A model generated the notes under the pieces. That model had not been told where the DNA came from, ran no database searches, and was given only the letters and a program-made list of their open reading frames with translations. Source: Nannocystis pusilla (GTDB lineage Bacteria; Myxococcota_A; Polyangia; Nannocystales; Nannocystaceae). From it: 64,000 nucleotides of DNA. Of the stretch, positions 20,690-32,255 are shown in pieces (the stretch's first letter is position 1; the number at the start of each line of letters is the position of its first letter). Location: positions 3,693,168-3,757,167 of the forward strand of contig NZ_JAPNKE010000002.1 in NCBI RefSeq assembly GCF_026626665.1, written 5' to 3'. Made by a program: the position numbers and the translations under genes.

Positions 20690-20723
20690 CGCATCGCAGA
20701 GCGGCGCGGAGCGCCGACATTCG

Positions 20724-20930
20724 TCACAGGTTGCTGTTGTTCTCGGCCTTGTAGCCCAGCTTGCGCTCGATCTCTTCGCGGCGCTCACCCGAGCGCTCCT
20801 GAATGATCCCGCACAGCTTGTCGGCGTTGCCTTCGGCCTTGAGGAAATCGTCGTCGGTCAGGTTCCCCCAGAACTGCTTCGCCTTGCCCTTGAGCTGCTC
20901 CCACTTCCCCTGGATTTGATCGCGGTTCAT
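20724..20930 (-). CDS. csbD: CsbD-family general stress protein
   Basis: RBS GGAGAAACCGACC then ATG. Product [48 protein letters not shown] is the canonical CsbD fold sequence. Confidence 0.7.
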   Translation of the reverse strand: MNRDQIQGKWEQLKGKAKQFWGNLTDDDFLKAEGNADKLCGIIQERSGERREEIERKLGYKAENNSNL

Positions 20931-21431
20931 GGTCGGTTTCTCCGCCCACCAGTTTGATCGTGGTTGCACGGCGCGCCTGCCCGACTAGCGCCACGAAACG
21001 GCGCCAGGCGCTCGCCGACGGCCCTTGTCGGACCGTCGATTTCGGCGGCCCGTTCGCCATTCCCACCGTTCGCGCGCATGACGCCGCCCGATCGTACGAA
21101 TCACGCCGCAGCGGGCTCGGCCGTATGAACCCGCCTCCCCCTCGACCTCGGCGCCTTTCTGCGGGGACGCGGGCGTGGAGACGGGGGTATCACCTGGCCC
21201 GCACCCGAGACCCGATCCTCGCAGCGACTCTTGCATAGGCGTCATGCGAAAGATCACCTGCCCGGCCGCGCTCGGCCCCCTGCGCGCCCCGCCACGAATC
21301 ACCATTCGTGCGAATCATGGGCCCTCACGGGCTGCGGCGGCCGGGCGCGGCCACCCGCTCGTCGGAGTTCACCGCGCCGCGGCCAGCGGCCGGCGGGGCG
21401 CCTCGGACACCGCGGACACAAGGAGCATCGG

Positions 21432-24400
21432 GTGAACCTCACCAGGGACGAGCAGCGCACGTCGCTCACCAAGCGGCTCACCGTAGCGATCGCCACGCCG
21501 ATCGCCCTCCTGTTGCTGCTCGGCGTCGTCCTCGGCCGGCAGATCCTCCTGATGGCGGACGACGCCGCCTGGGTCAACCACAGCAATGAAGTCCTCTCGC
21601 AGGCCAACGCGACGATGCTCGAGATCGTCGATCAGGAGACCGCCCTGCGCGGCTTCCTGTTGACCGGCGATCGCCAGTATCTGGGCCCGTTCGAGCGGGC
21701 GCACCCTGACGGCAAGTTCGAGCGCCTGCACGAGATCGTCGCCGACAGCCCCTCGCAGCAGGCTCAGTTCGATCAGGCCCACCAGCACTACCGCGAGTGG
21801 TACGCCACCTGCGAGGCCGCCCTGAACGGTCACGACCTCGACCAGGCGCGCAGCCCCGCCGCCATGCTCGCGCGCAAGGCCCGGATGGACGACATCCGCG
21901 AAGCCATGGCCGTGGCCACCGACATCGAGAAGGACCTGCTGCGCGCGCGCCGTCGCCTCGGAGCGCTCGACCGCGGTCGCGCGGACCGCCTTCGTCGCGC
22001 TGCTCGCCGGCGTCGCCCTCCTGCTCGCCTTCCTCTCGCGCCGTCAGCTCGCCGCGATCGCCAGCACCTTCGGCACCGCCCTCGACGCCGAGCAGCAGGC
22101 CCGCGCCGCGCTCGAGGCCGAGGCGTGGATCCGCGAGGGTCACACGCGCGTCGCCGAGGTCGTGCAGGGCGAGAAGAGCACCGTGCAGGTCGGCCACGAC
22201 TGCCTGGCCGCGCTCGCCGCTCACGCCGGCGCCGACGTCGGCGCCTTCTTCGTGCGCGACGGCGGCGACTGGGTGCGGCGGATCGGCCTCGCGCTCGACT
22301 CGCGGGTCGCCGGGCCCGAGACCTTCGCCGCCGGTGAGGGCGTCATCGGCCGCGCCGCCGCCGGCGGCCAGGTCGTCGAGCTGCGCGACGCCGCCGAGCT
22401 GCCCCTGCGCACCGGCACCAGCGAGCGCTTCCCCGCCCACGTGCTCGTCCTGCCCGCGCGGGTCGACGGCGTCACCGTCGCCGTGCTCGAGCTCGGCTTT
22501 TTGCGCCCGGCCGAGCCGCGCGTGCGCCGCTGCTCGAGCGGATCGGCGAGACCGTCGCGCTCGCGGTCCGCAGCTCCGAGCAGAAGGAGCGGCTCGCCGC
22601 CCTGCTCGAGGAGACCCAGCGCCAGGCCGAGGAGCTGCAGACCCAGCAAGAAGAGCTGCGGGTGCAGAACGAGGAGCTCGAGCAGCAGACCCGCGCGCTC
22701 GAGGAGTCGCGGGCGCGCCTCGGCAATCAGCAGGCCGAGCTCGAGCAGATCAACGCCCACCTCGAGGAGCAGACGCAGGCGCTGCAGGCCGAGCGCGACA
22801 CCCTCACGCAGGCGCAGATCCAGCTCAAGCGGACCTCGGCCTTCAAGTCCGAGTTCCTCGCCAACATGTCGCACGAGCTGCGCACCCCGCTCAACAGCTC
22901 GCTGATCTTGGCCCGCCTGCTGGCCGACAACCGCCAGGGCAACCTCGACGCCGAGCAGGTCAAGTTCGCCGAGACCATCTACTCCGCCGGCAACGACCTC
23001 CTCACCCTCATCAACGACATCCTCGACCTGTCGAAGATCGAGGCCGGCATGCTCGACGTCCGGCCCGAGACCATCTCGCTGGCGCGGCTCACCGATCAGA
23101 TGATGACGACCTTCCGCCCGGTCGCCCGCGACCGGCGGCTCGCCCTCGACCTCGACGTCCAGCGCGACGTCCCGGGCGCGCTCGTCACCGATCCGACGCG
23201 GCTGTCGCAGATCCTGCGCAACCTGCTGTCGAACGCGCTCAAGTTCACCGAGCAGGGCGGCGTCAAGCTCACGGTGCGCGCCGCCGGGGCCGGCAGGGTC
23301 GCCTTCGACGTCACCGACACCGGCATCGGCATCCCGCCCGATCAGCAGGAGCTGATCTTCGAAGCGTTCCGCCAGGCCGACGGCACGACCAACCGCAAGT
23401 ACGGCGGCACCGGCCTTGGTCTGTCGATCTCACGCGACCTCGCGCGCCTGCTCGGCGGCGAGCTCACCGTCGCCAGCGTCGTCGGCCGCGGCAGCACCTT
23501 CACCCTCACCATCCCCGCGCAGCTCGTCGTCCATGGCTCGGCCGCGGCGCCGAGCCTCGCGCCCTTGCCGCCTCCGCCGCCGCTTCCTCCCCTGCGTCGC
23601 CTCCCCGCGCCCCCGCCTCTGCCCCAGACGCCGACCGCCGCGCGCTCGATCCTCCTCGTCGAGGACGACCCCGCGTTCGCCGGCGTCCTCGCCGGCCTCG
23701 CGCGCGAGCTCGACTTCCACCCCTCCACGCCGACACCGCCGAGGAGGGCCTTGCGCTCGCGCGGCAGCAGCGGCCGAGCGCCATCGTCCTCGACGTCTCT
23801 CTGCCCGACCGCTCCGGCCTCAGCGTCCTCGACGCGCTCAAGCATGACCCTGCGACCCGGCACATCCCGGTCCACGTCATCTCCGCCAGCGACCACACCC
23901 GCACCGCGCTCGAGATGGGCGCGGTCGCCTACGCCATCAAGCCCGTCGTCCGCGATCAGCTGGTCACGGCCTTGCGGCGGCTCGAGTCGAAGGCCACCCA
24001 GTCGCTGCGGCGCGTCCTCGTCGTCGAGGACGACGTCGTCCACCGCGAGAGCACCTGCAAGCTGCTCGCGGCCGACGACGTCGAGACCGTCCCGGTGGGC
24101 ACCGCCGCCGACGCGCTCCGCGCGTTGCGCACCACCACCTTCGACTGCATGGTCCTCGACCTCAGCCTGCCCGACAGGTCAGGTTCCGAATTGTTGCGGG
24201 AGATGGCCCAGGGCGAGCAGTACGGGTTCCCGCCCGTCATCGTCTACACCGGCCGCGCGATCAGCCGCGCCGAGGAGCAGGAGCTCGGGCGCTTCTCGCA
24301 GTCCATCATCATCAAGGGCGCGCGCTCGCCGGAGCGGCTGCTCGACGAGGTCACCCTGTTCCTCCACCAGGTCGAGACCAACCTTCCGCCCGAGCGACAG

Positions 24401-24811
24401 CGCATGCTGCGGGACGCTCGCCACCGCGACGCCGTGTTCGAGGGCCGGCGCGTGCTCGTCGTCGAGGACGACGTCCGCAACGTATTCGCCTTGACCAGCG
24501 TGCTCGAGCCGCGCGGGGCCAAGGTGGAGATCGCGCGCAACGGCAAGGAGGCGCTGCAGCACCTGAAGCTCAAGCCGGGCGTCGACCTGATCCTGATGGA
24601 CCTGATGATGCCGGAGATGGACGGCCTCACCGCCACGCGGGCGATCCGCGCCGACCCGGCGACCGCCAAGATCCCGATCATCGCCCTCACCGCCAAGGCC
24701 ATGGCCGACGATCGCGCCAGCTGCCTCGCCGCCGGCGCCAACGACTACATCGCCAAGCCGCTCGACGTCGACAAGCTGCTGTCGCTGGCGCGGGTGTGGA
24801 TGCCCAAATGA
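21432..24811 (+). CDS. hybrid sensor histidine kinase: CHASE3-GAF-(E/Q-rich coiled coil)-HisKA-HATPase-REC-REC-REC; at least three frameshifts
   Basis: RBS aggagcatcg then GTG at 21432. A TM segment precedes the CHASE3 region. GAF: ...[15 protein letters not shown].... H-box: [15 protein letters not shown]-box: GGTGLGLSI. Three D-containing receiver domains follow. Confidence 0.75.
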
Positions 24812-25623
24812 CGACGTCGCCCGACCCCGAGCTGACCGCGCTGCTCGACGCGGTGTACCACCGCTATCACTACGACTTCCGCGGCTACGCCGAGGCCTCG
24901 CTGCGCCGCCGGATCGGCGCCGCCCTGACCCACCTCCGCTGCCCCACCGTGAACGATTTGCGCGAGCGCGTGCTCGCCGAGCCGCGCGGCTTCAGCGAGC
25001 TGCTCCGCTTCCTCACCGTCCAGGTCAGCGACCTGTTCCGCGACCCCTCGTATTATCGATCGCTCCGCGAGCGCATCGTGCCGTACCTGCGCACTTATCC
25101 CTCGCTCAAGGTGTGGGTCGCCGGCTGCGCCACCGGCGAGGAGGCCTACTCGCTCGCCATCGTGTTCGCCGAGGAGGGCCTGCTCGACCGCACCCTCATC
25201 TACGCCACCGACATCCACCCCGAGAGCCTGCGGGCCGCCGAGGCCGGCGTCTACGACCTCGAGCGCTTCGCCCGCTTCTCCGACAGCTACCGCCAGGCCG
25301 GCGGCCGCGGCTCCCTGTCCGACTTCTACACCGCGCAGTACGCCTCGGCGATCCTCGACCGGCGGCTCAAGCAGGCGATCCTGTTCTCCGACCACAGCCT
25401 CGCCACCGACGTCGCCTTCGCCGAGGTCGAGCTGGTGTCGTGTCGCAACGTCCTGATCTACTTCGACCGCCCGCTGCAGGACCGGGCGATCGGCGTCCTG
25501 CGCGACTCGGTGCGGCGCAAGGGCTTCCTCGGCCTGGGCGCCAAGGAGACCCTGCGGTTCTCGGCGCACGCCGAGGCGTTCACCGAGCTCGTCCCCGAGG
25601 ACCGGATCTATCAACGGCGGTAG
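24808..25623 (+). CDS. cheR: CheR-type protein-glutamate O-methyltransferase
   Basis: ATGA overlap with the upstream HK stop. VWVAGCATGEEAYSLAI, RNVLIYF. Intact. Confidence 0.85.
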   Translation: MTTSPDPELTALLDAVYHRYHYDFRGYAEASLRRRIGAALTHLRCPTVNDLRERVLAEPRGFSELLRFLTVQVSDLFRDPSYYRSLRERIVPYLRTYPSLKVWVAGCATGEEAYSLAIVFAEEGLLDRTLIYATDIHPESLRAAEAGVYDLERFARFSDSYRQAGGRGSLSDFYTAQYASAILDRRLKQAILFSDHSLATDVAFAEVELVSCRNVLIYFDRPLQDRAIGVLRDSVRRKGFLGLGAKETLRFSAHAEAFTELVPEDRIYQRR

Positions 25624-25626
25624 ACC

Positions 25627-26222
25627 ATGGCGACGCGCGACATTCACCTGATCGTGATCGGCGGCTCGTCGGGGGCGCTCGACGCCTCGCCGCCCTGCTG
25701 CCCGCGCTGCCCGCGGGCTATCCGCTGGCGCTGGCCGTGGTCCTGCACCTGCCGCCGACCCAGCCCAGCCACCTCGTCGAGGTCCTGCGCACGAGGACCT
25801 CGCTGCCGACGCGGGAGCCCGACGACAAGGAGCCCATCGTGCCCGGCACGCTCTACGTCGCCCCGCCGAACTACCACCTGCTCGTCGAGCGCGGGCGCAG
25901 CTTCGCCCTCTCGGTCGACCGCCCCGAGCTGTTCTCGCGGCCCTCGATCGACGTGCTGTTCGAGTCGGCCGCCGACGCCTTCGGGCCGCACGTCGCCGGC
26001 GTCCTGCTCAGCGGCGCCAACGAGGACGGCGCCCGCGGCCTCGGCCACATCGCCGCGGCCGGCGGCCTCACCATCGTCGAGTCGCCGACCACCGCCGCGG
26101 TCCCGACCATGCCGGCGGCCGCGCTGCGGCGCGTCGCCGTCGACCACGCCGTGCCGGCGGCCGTCATCGGCACCTTGCTCGCGCGGCTCGCCGCGCCCAC
26201 GCGCTCCGGGGAGGCGACATGA
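25627..26222 (+). CDS. cheB: CheB-type methylesterase catalytic domain with no receiver domain; one frameshift (~25690)
   Basis: IVIGGSSGAL ... PSIDVLFESAA ... GVLLSGANEDGARGL. Start is 3 nt after the cheR stop and it ends in an ATGA overlap with the next gene. Confidence 0.7.
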
Positions 26223-27687
26223 ACCTCGAACCGATCAACTTCCTCCTCGTCGACGACACCGAGCAGAACCTCATCGCCCTCGAGGCGCTCCTGCGGCGCG
26301 ACGGCCTCAACATCCTCACCGCGCGCAGCGGCTTCGAGGCGCTCGAGCTGCTGCTCGTCCACGACGTCGCCCTCGCCTTCCTCGACGTGCAGATGCCGGG
26401 GATGGACGGCTTCGAGCTGGCCGAACTGATGCGAGGCACCGAGCGCACCAAGAACGTGCCGATCATCTTCATCACCGCCGGCGCGCGCGACAGCGAGCGG
26501 GTGTTCCAGGGCTACGAGTCCGGCGCGGTCGATTTCCTGCACAAGCCGATCGACCCGCGGGTGCTGCGGAGCAAGGCCGACGTGTTCTTCGAGCTGTCGC
26601 GGCAGCGGCGCGACTGCACCCACGCCCTGCGCCTCAACGAGATGTTCGTCGGCATCCTCGGCCACGACCTGCGCACCCCGCTGTCGGCGATCCAGACCGG
26701 CACCGAGATCCTCGAGCAGCTGGTGGAAGGCGACGACCAGCGCGGCATCTTGCGGCGCATGTTCGTCTCGAGCCACCGCATGAACGAGATGATCGAGCAG
26801 CTGCTCGACCTCACGCGCGCGGCTGGCCGGCGGCCTCGGCTTCGCGCGCGCGCCAACGGGTCGACCTCTTCGAGCTGGTGCAGCGCGCCGTCGACGAGCT
26901 GCGCACCACGCATTCGCAGCGCGAGGTCCGGGTCGAGACCCTCGGCGACACCGTCACCGCCGGCGATCCCGACCGCCTGGTCCAGGCGCTGTCGAACCTG
27001 ATCGGCAACGCGATCCAGCACGGCCACGCGGACGGCCCGATCGGCATCCGCGTGTTCGACGACGGCCACCAGATCGCGGTCGAGATCCGCAACCGCGGCG
27101 TCATCCCGCCCGAGCTCGTGCCGGTGCTGTTCGACCCGTTCCGCGGCCGCGACCACTCGCCCTCGCGCACCAACGCCCGCGGCCTCGGCCTCGGCCTCTA
27201 CATCGCCCAGCAGATCGCCCAGGCCCACGGCGGCACCGTCTCGGTGCTCTCGAGCGACGAGACCGACACCGTGTTCACGCTCCGCCTGCCGCGCGTCTCG
27301 CCCGAGCCCACGCGCGCCGATCGCCCGGCGCGCGGCCACACCGTGCTGATCGCCGACGACGACGAGGCGACCCGCGAGAGCCTGCGCGAGGCCTTCGCCG
27401 GCGAGGGTTACGCGACCATGACCGCGACCAACGGGCGCGACGCCCTCGACCAATTGCTGCACGCGCGGGTCAAGCCCGACCTCGTGATCCTCGACCTCGT
27501 GATGCCGCTGCTCGAGGGCGGGCAGGTCTATCAGGCCATGCAGGCCGTCCCCGAGCTGGCGCGGATCCCCGTCATCGTGTCGACCTCCGATCCGGCCCGC
27601 GCCCCCGCCGGCACGATCCTGATCCCCAAGCCGGTCAAGCTCGGCCGCCTGCTCGACACCGCCGCGCGGCTCGTCCGCTCGCCGTGA
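26219..27687 (+). CDS. hybrid histidine kinase/response regulator (REC-HisKA-HATPase-REC); frameshift near 26830
   Basis: N-terminal REC (LLVDDTEQN...DVQMPGMDGFEL). H-box GILGHDLRTPLSAI. HATPase GLGLGLYIAQQIAQAHGG. C-terminal REC (VLIADDDEATRE...DLVMP). Confidence 0.75.
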
Positions 27688-27690
27688 GCG

Positions 27691-28152
27691 CTACTCTGGC
27701 CCGCCTCGATCAGCGAGCGGGCCGCCTCGGGCCCGAGCATCCCGAGCACGCGGAAGCGCCTCCTCGAGCTCGTTGTAGTGGACGAAGAATTGCTCGAGGT
27801 CGGCCAGCGCGCGCGGGCTGATGTCCTGCACGCGCTGCAGCTGCTCGTACGTACGCGACACGACGCTGACCGCGAGGAAGCGGTCGTTGCGGACCGGCTC
27901 CTCGCCCGCGGTCGATTGCTCGGCCGTCATCACCCCGAGCAATCGCGCCCGCAGCAGGCAGCCGGCGAACGTCGGCTCGTCGGTGAGCACGAGCGCGTCG
28001 AGCGGGTCGCCGTCGCCGCCCCTGGTGCCGGGGATGAACCCGAACTCGAGCGGGAACGCCATCCCGGCCGGCAGCACCTTGTGCAGGGTGAAGCTCTCCA
28101 GCGCCGGGTCCCACTTGAATTTGCTGCGACTGCCGGCCGGCGACTCGATCAC
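27691..28152 (-). CDS. ppa: inorganic pyrophosphatase
   Basis: ...[17 protein letters not shown]...[21 protein letters not shown]...FFVHYNELE. The N-terminus may be slightly longer (GTG start) and the C-terminus looks extended or frameshifted. Confidence 0.7.
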   Translation of the reverse strand: MIESPAGSRSKFKWDPALESFTLHKVLPAGMAFPLEFGFIPGTRGGDGDPLDALVLTDEPTFAGCLLRARLLGVMTAEQSTAGEEPVRNDRFLAVSVVSRTYEQLQRVQDISPRALADLEQFFVHYNELEEALPRARDARARGGPLADRGGPE

Positions 28153-28310
28153 GGCGTGGACGTCGCCTTCGACGAACGCCGGGATCCTTGCGATTTGTCG
28201 CGCGACATGCTCGCCTCATAGCACCCGCGCGCACGCCGTCGAATCGCCGGACTCATCCTTGTTGCCCTACAGGTGCGCGTTCACTGCCGAGTCCGCACGG
28301 GGATAATCCC

Positions 28311-28318
28311 GGACGTCC
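28311..28318. promoter_or_regulatory. GGACGTCC palindrome (variant of the GGACATGTCC family) 38 nt upstream of adh; the same octamer recurs at 51264-51271 upstream of the ABC transporter
   Basis: Seen in the sequence, in the divergent ppa/adh intergenic region. Confidence 0.3.
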
Positions 28319-28355
28319 TACCGTCCAGGCCGCGCTCGAGTCATGCCTTCGGCCC

Positions 28356-29525
28356 ATGAAAGCACTGCGCTACCACGGGGCCCGCGACGTGCGGGTCGAG
28401 ACCGTCCCCGATCCGCAGCTCGCCGACGCCAGGGACATGATCGTCAAGGTCACGGCTTGCGCCATCTGCGGCTCGGACCTCCATCTCTATGACGGCCTGA
28501 TCCCCACGCTGCAGAAGGGCGACGTCCTCGGCCACGAGTTCATGGGCGAGGTGCTCGAGGTCGGCCGCGAGGTGCGCGACGTGCAGAAGGGCGACCGCGT
28601 GGTCGTGCCGTTCAACATCGGCTGCGGCGACTGCTTCTTCTGCAAGCGCCAGCTGTGGTCGCTGTGCGATCGCAGCAACCCCAACGCCGCCCTGGCGACC
28701 AAGCAGTTCGGCGCCGCGCCGGCCGGCCTGTTCGGCTATTCGCACATGTTCGGCGGCTATCCGGGCGGCCAGGCCGAGTACGTGCGGGTGCCGTTCGCCG
28801 ACATCAACCACTTCAAGGTCGAGACCGACCTCAGCGACGAGCAGGTGCTGTTCATCGGCGACATCTTCGCCACCGGCTTCATGGCGGTCGACGTGTGCGA
28901 CGTCCAGGAGGGCGACGTCGTGGCCGTGTGGGGCTGCGGGCCGGTCGGCCTGTTCGCGCTGAAGAGCGCCCACATGCTGGGCGCCAAGCGGGTGATCGCC
29001 ATCGACCGCTTCCCCGAGCGCCTCGAGCTGGCGCGGACGAAGTGCGACGCCACCCCGATCGACTACGAGAAGTCCGACGTCATCGAGGTCCTCAAGGAGC
29101 TGACCAGCGGGCGCGGGCCGGACATCTGCATCGACGCCGTCGGCATGGAGGCGCACGGCCACGGCCTCGAGTTCTGGTACGACCGGGTCAAGCAGGCCGT
29201 CGGCCTGCAGGCGGACCGCCCGACCGCGCTGCGCCAGGCGGTCATGGCCTGCCGCAAGGGCGGCACCGTCTCGGTCCCCGGGGTCTACGGCGGCCCCATC
29301 GACCACTTCCCGTTCGGCGCCGCCTTCAACAAGGGGCTGACGCTCAAGATGGGCCAGACCCACACCCACCGCTACGCCCCGGCCCTGCTGCAGCGGATCG
29401 CCGCCGGCGAGATCGATCCGTCCTTCATCATCACCCACCGCCTCCACCTCGAGGAGGCGCCGAAGGGCTACGACATCTTCCAGCACAAGAAGGAAGGCTG
29501 CATCAAGGTCGTGCTGCGGCCGTGA
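28356..29525 (+). CDS. zinc-dependent alcohol dehydrogenase (MDR family, formaldehyde/alcohol dehydrogenase-like)
   Basis: [26 protein letters not shown] Rossmann motif. Intact 389-aa ORF. Confidence 0.85.
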   Translation: MKALRYHGARDVRVETVPDPQLADARDMIVKVTACAICGSDLHLYDGLIPTLQKGDVLGHEFMGEVLEVGREVRDVQKGDRVVVPFNIGCGDCFFCKRQLWSLCDRSNPNAALATKQFGAAPAGLFGYSHMFGGYPGGQAEYVRVPFADINHFKVETDLSDEQVLFIGDIFATGFMAVDVCDVQEGDVVAVWGCGPVGLFALKSAHMLGAKRVIAIDRFPERLELARTKCDATPIDYEKSDVIEVLKELTSGRGPDICIDAVGMEAHGHGLEFWYDRVKQAVGLQADRPTALRQAVMACRKGGTVSVPGVYGGPIDHFPFGAAFNKGLTLKMGQTHTHRYAPALLQRIAAGEIDPSFIITHRLHLEEAPKGYDIFQHKKEGCIKVVLRP

Positions 29526-29570
29526 GTCTCGCGTGCCCCTTGGGGCATGTCTCTTCTACCATGTCTTTCA

Positions 29571-29594
29571 GGGCATGTCCTCATCGACATGCCC
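29571..29594. terminator. hairpin GGGCATGTC-n6-GACATGCCC between convergent genes (adh + / GAF-HK -); putative bidirectional terminator or REP-like element
   Basis: 9-bp perfect inverted arms. An additional GCCCC-tt-GGGGC hairpin lies at 29535-29546. The region is AT-richer than its flanks. Confidence 0.4.
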
Positions 29595-29595
29595 C

Positions 29596-30908
29596 TCAGG
29601 GACGCGACCCGGGCCCGCCGTCGCCCTCGCTCCCGCTGCACCTCGCCGCGCCGGCGGGCGGCTCGTACATCGGCAGCGCCAGGCGGAAGCAGGCGCCGGG
29701 CCCGTCCGCGTCCTCGACCACGAGCGAGCCGCCGTGCGCCTGGACGATGCTGCGCGCCAGGTAGAGGCCGAGGCCGAGGCCGGACGACGTCGGCCCGAGG
29801 GCGAAGCGGTCGAACAGCGTCGGCAAGAGCTCGGCGGGGATGCCGGGGCCGAAGTCGCGGACGCGGACGAGGCTCCAGTTGGCGCCGTCGAACCGTTCGC
29901 GGCGGATCGTCAGCGACAACGCCGTCCCCTCCGGGGAGTGGGTGCTCGCGTTGTGGATCAGGTTCTCCAGCGCCTGCCGCAGCGCCTCGGGGTCGGCCCA
30001 CGCCAGCACCTGCGGCGGCGCCTCGATCTCGAGCGCCTGCCCGCTGGTGGCGAACAGCGCGGCGGTGCTGCGGGTCAGCTCGACCAGGTCGACCACCTGC
30101 AGCCGGAGGTCGAACAGGCCGCGCTCGATCCGCTCCACGCTGAGCAGGTTGGACAGCACCCGCCCCAGCCGCTCGACCCCGCTGCTCGCCTTGCTCAGCT
30201 CGTCGAGGTCCGCCGCGCGCGCTCCGCCTCCGCCCGCACCGTCAGCACGTCCAGCCGCGCGGCCAGCGGCGCGATCAGGTTGCGCAGGTCGTGCGCCACG
30301 ACCGAAATCAGCTCCTCGGCCGTCCGCTGGCGCGCGCGCTCGGCCGCCACGCGGGTGGCCTCCTCGACCAGCTCGGCGCGGTGGGTGACGACTCCGATCC
30401 ACTGGGCCACGGCGGTCAGGAACTCGAGGTCGCTCCAGCGGTACTTGTTCCTGCTCGCGGCCGTCACCATCAGCACCCCGCGGCGCTTGCCTTGCACCTC
30501 GATCGGCACCGCCATCGTCGACTGCACCTTGAGCCCCTCACGGATCCCCTGCAGTTCGCCGGCGTCGGCTTGCACGTCGTCGCACAGGTAGCGCTTGCCG
30601 GTCTGGAACACCTCGACCGCGCGGCCCCCGTTGCTCAGCGGCAGGCGATCGAGGCCGAGCGCGCGCTGGAGGCGGGACATCGGCGAATCACTGGTCCCGA
30701 TCGCCACCAGCGAATCGCGGGCGGCGTCGTGCAGGAACGCGTCCACCTTGTCGGTCTCGACCACCGAGGCCACGACCTCGCAGGCCGCATCGAGGGTCTC
30801 GCGGACCGACGTGACCGGCGTCGCCAGCAGCCGCGTCAGCGCCACGAACAGTGGGGAGTCGGGCGTGCGCTCGCCGGCTGGGGTTTCGGGCAGATCGACC
30901 ATGGGCAC
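29596..30908 (-). CDS. GAF-domain sensor histidine kinase; frameshift near 30210
   Basis: N-terminal GAF (..VDAFLHDAARDSLVAIGT..). H-box VVAHDLRNL. HATPase ..GLGLGLYLARSIVQAHGG... Confidence 0.7.
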
Positions 30909-31176
30909 ACGGACGTGCAGGCCCGGACCCTATGGACCCGACTCCGGCGATGGGCGAGCCCGCGCTCTCCGGCGGGCGGCGGCGCAGGGAGCAACTTCGC
31001 CCGCCGCATCGTCGCCGGATGCGGCGCGCCCGGGCGCAGGAAACGCACCGTCGGTCGCTTGCCCCGAAGTCGGGAAAACCCCCGCGAGCCGCCTCCGCGG
31101 CGCGCGAAGGCTCCGAGGCCCGCTCGAAGCCCCCGTGCCGCCCGGCCGCCGCGGCGCCCTGCTGTGATTGCCTGAA

Positions 31177-31186
31177 GGACATGTCC
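31177..31186. promoter_or_regulatory. perfect palindrome GGACATGTCC in the divergent promoter region between GAF-HK (-) and SDR (+)
   Basis: Seen in the sequence, 77 nt upstream of ATG 31263. Confidence 0.4.
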
Positions 31187-31262
31187 GATCGGCCATACTA
31201 TGAACGGCCGAGCCCGCCGGCCCTCGCTGGCGCCCCGGCGAATCGCCCGCATACTGCGCGGA

Positions 31263-32255
31263 ATGGGGCGCGCAGGCGAATCGAGGGTCGCGGTCGTCAC
31301 CGGCGCGTCGAGCGGGCTCGGGCGGGCGACCGCCTACGGCCTGGCCGAGCGCGGCTGGCAGGTCGCACTGGCGGCGCGCCGCGAGGCCGAGCTCGAGCGC
31401 ACCGCCGCGGGCTGCCGCGAGCGCGGCGGCCAGGCGCTGGTGGTGCCGACCGACGTCACCCACGAGGACGCGGTGATGCACCTGGCGGAGGCGGCCCTGT
31501 CGACCTGGGGCCGCATCGACGCGTGGATCAACAACGCCGGCGTCACCCTGTTCGCCCCGCTCGAGGGCGGCTCGCTCGCGGATCACCGGCAGGTGATCGA
31601 GACCAACCTGCACGGCGCCCTGCACGGCGCGCGCGCGGTTGTCCCGGTGTTTCGCCGCCAGGGCCGCGGCACCCTCATCAACATCGGCTCGGTGCTCAGC
31701 AAGATCGGCCACGCCTTCGTGCCGTCCTACGTGATCAGCAAGTTCGCGCTGCACGGCCTGTCCGAGGCCCTGCGCGTCGAGCTGGCCGAGTGCCCCGACA
31801 TCCACGTGTGCACCGTCTTCCCCTACGCGATCGACACGCCGCACTTCCAGGTCGCGGCCAACGACCTCGGTCGCCACGTCAACGCCATGCCGCCGGTGCA
31901 GTCGCCCGCGCAGGTCGCGGGCGTGGTGGTCGACCTCGTCGAGCACCCCCGACGCCAGCGCTTCGTCCCGCGGATCGCCGAGCTCGGCCTCGTGATCCAC
32001 CGCGTCTTCCCGCGCACCATGGAGCGGCTGCTCTACCGCGCGCTCGGCAAGTTTCACCTCGGCGCGCCCGAGCCCCCCGTCGAGGGCAACCTGTTCCGCC
32101 CCACCGGCGAGCACGCGGCGGTCCGCGGTCATCGCCCGCCGCGGCTCGGCACCCCGGCGTTCCTCGCCTGGACCGCGCGCGAGCTGCTGCGCATCGAACT
32201 CGACGCCGCCCGCCACCGCCTTCACAAATGGCACGTGACGCGTACGACGCGGTGA
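31263..32255 (+). CDS. SDR-family oxidoreductase
   Basis: [26 protein letters not shown]. Confidence 0.75.
   Translation: MGRAGESRVAVVTGASSGLGRATAYGLAERGWQVALAARREAELERTAAGCRERGGQALVVPTDVTHEDAVMHLAEAALSTWGRIDAWINNAGVTLFAPLEGGSLADHRQVIETNLHGALHGARAVVPVFRRQGRGTLINIGSVLSKIGHAFVPSYVISKFALHGLSEALRVELAECPDIHVCTVFPYAIDTPHFQVAANDLGRHVNAMPPVQSPAQVAGVVVDLVEHPRRQRFVPRIAELGLVIHRVFPRTMERLLYRALGKFHLGAPEPPVEGNLFRPTGEHAAVRGHRPPRLGTPAFLAWTARELLRIELDAARHRLHKWHVTRTTR

Noticed and set aside
27691-28234. Longer N-terminal extension for ppa (ORF 27710-28234 in another frame)
   Set aside because: That frame translates to R/P-rich nonsense. The conserved PPase N-terminus ([12 protein letters not shown]) is in frame with the GTG at 28152, and an in-frame stop lies 20 codons upstream.
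29543-31186. Resemblance of GGACATGTCC to the eukaryotic p53 half-site RRRCWWGYYY
   Set aside because: It is a coincidental match to a degenerate 10-mer and has no biological relevance in a bacterium.
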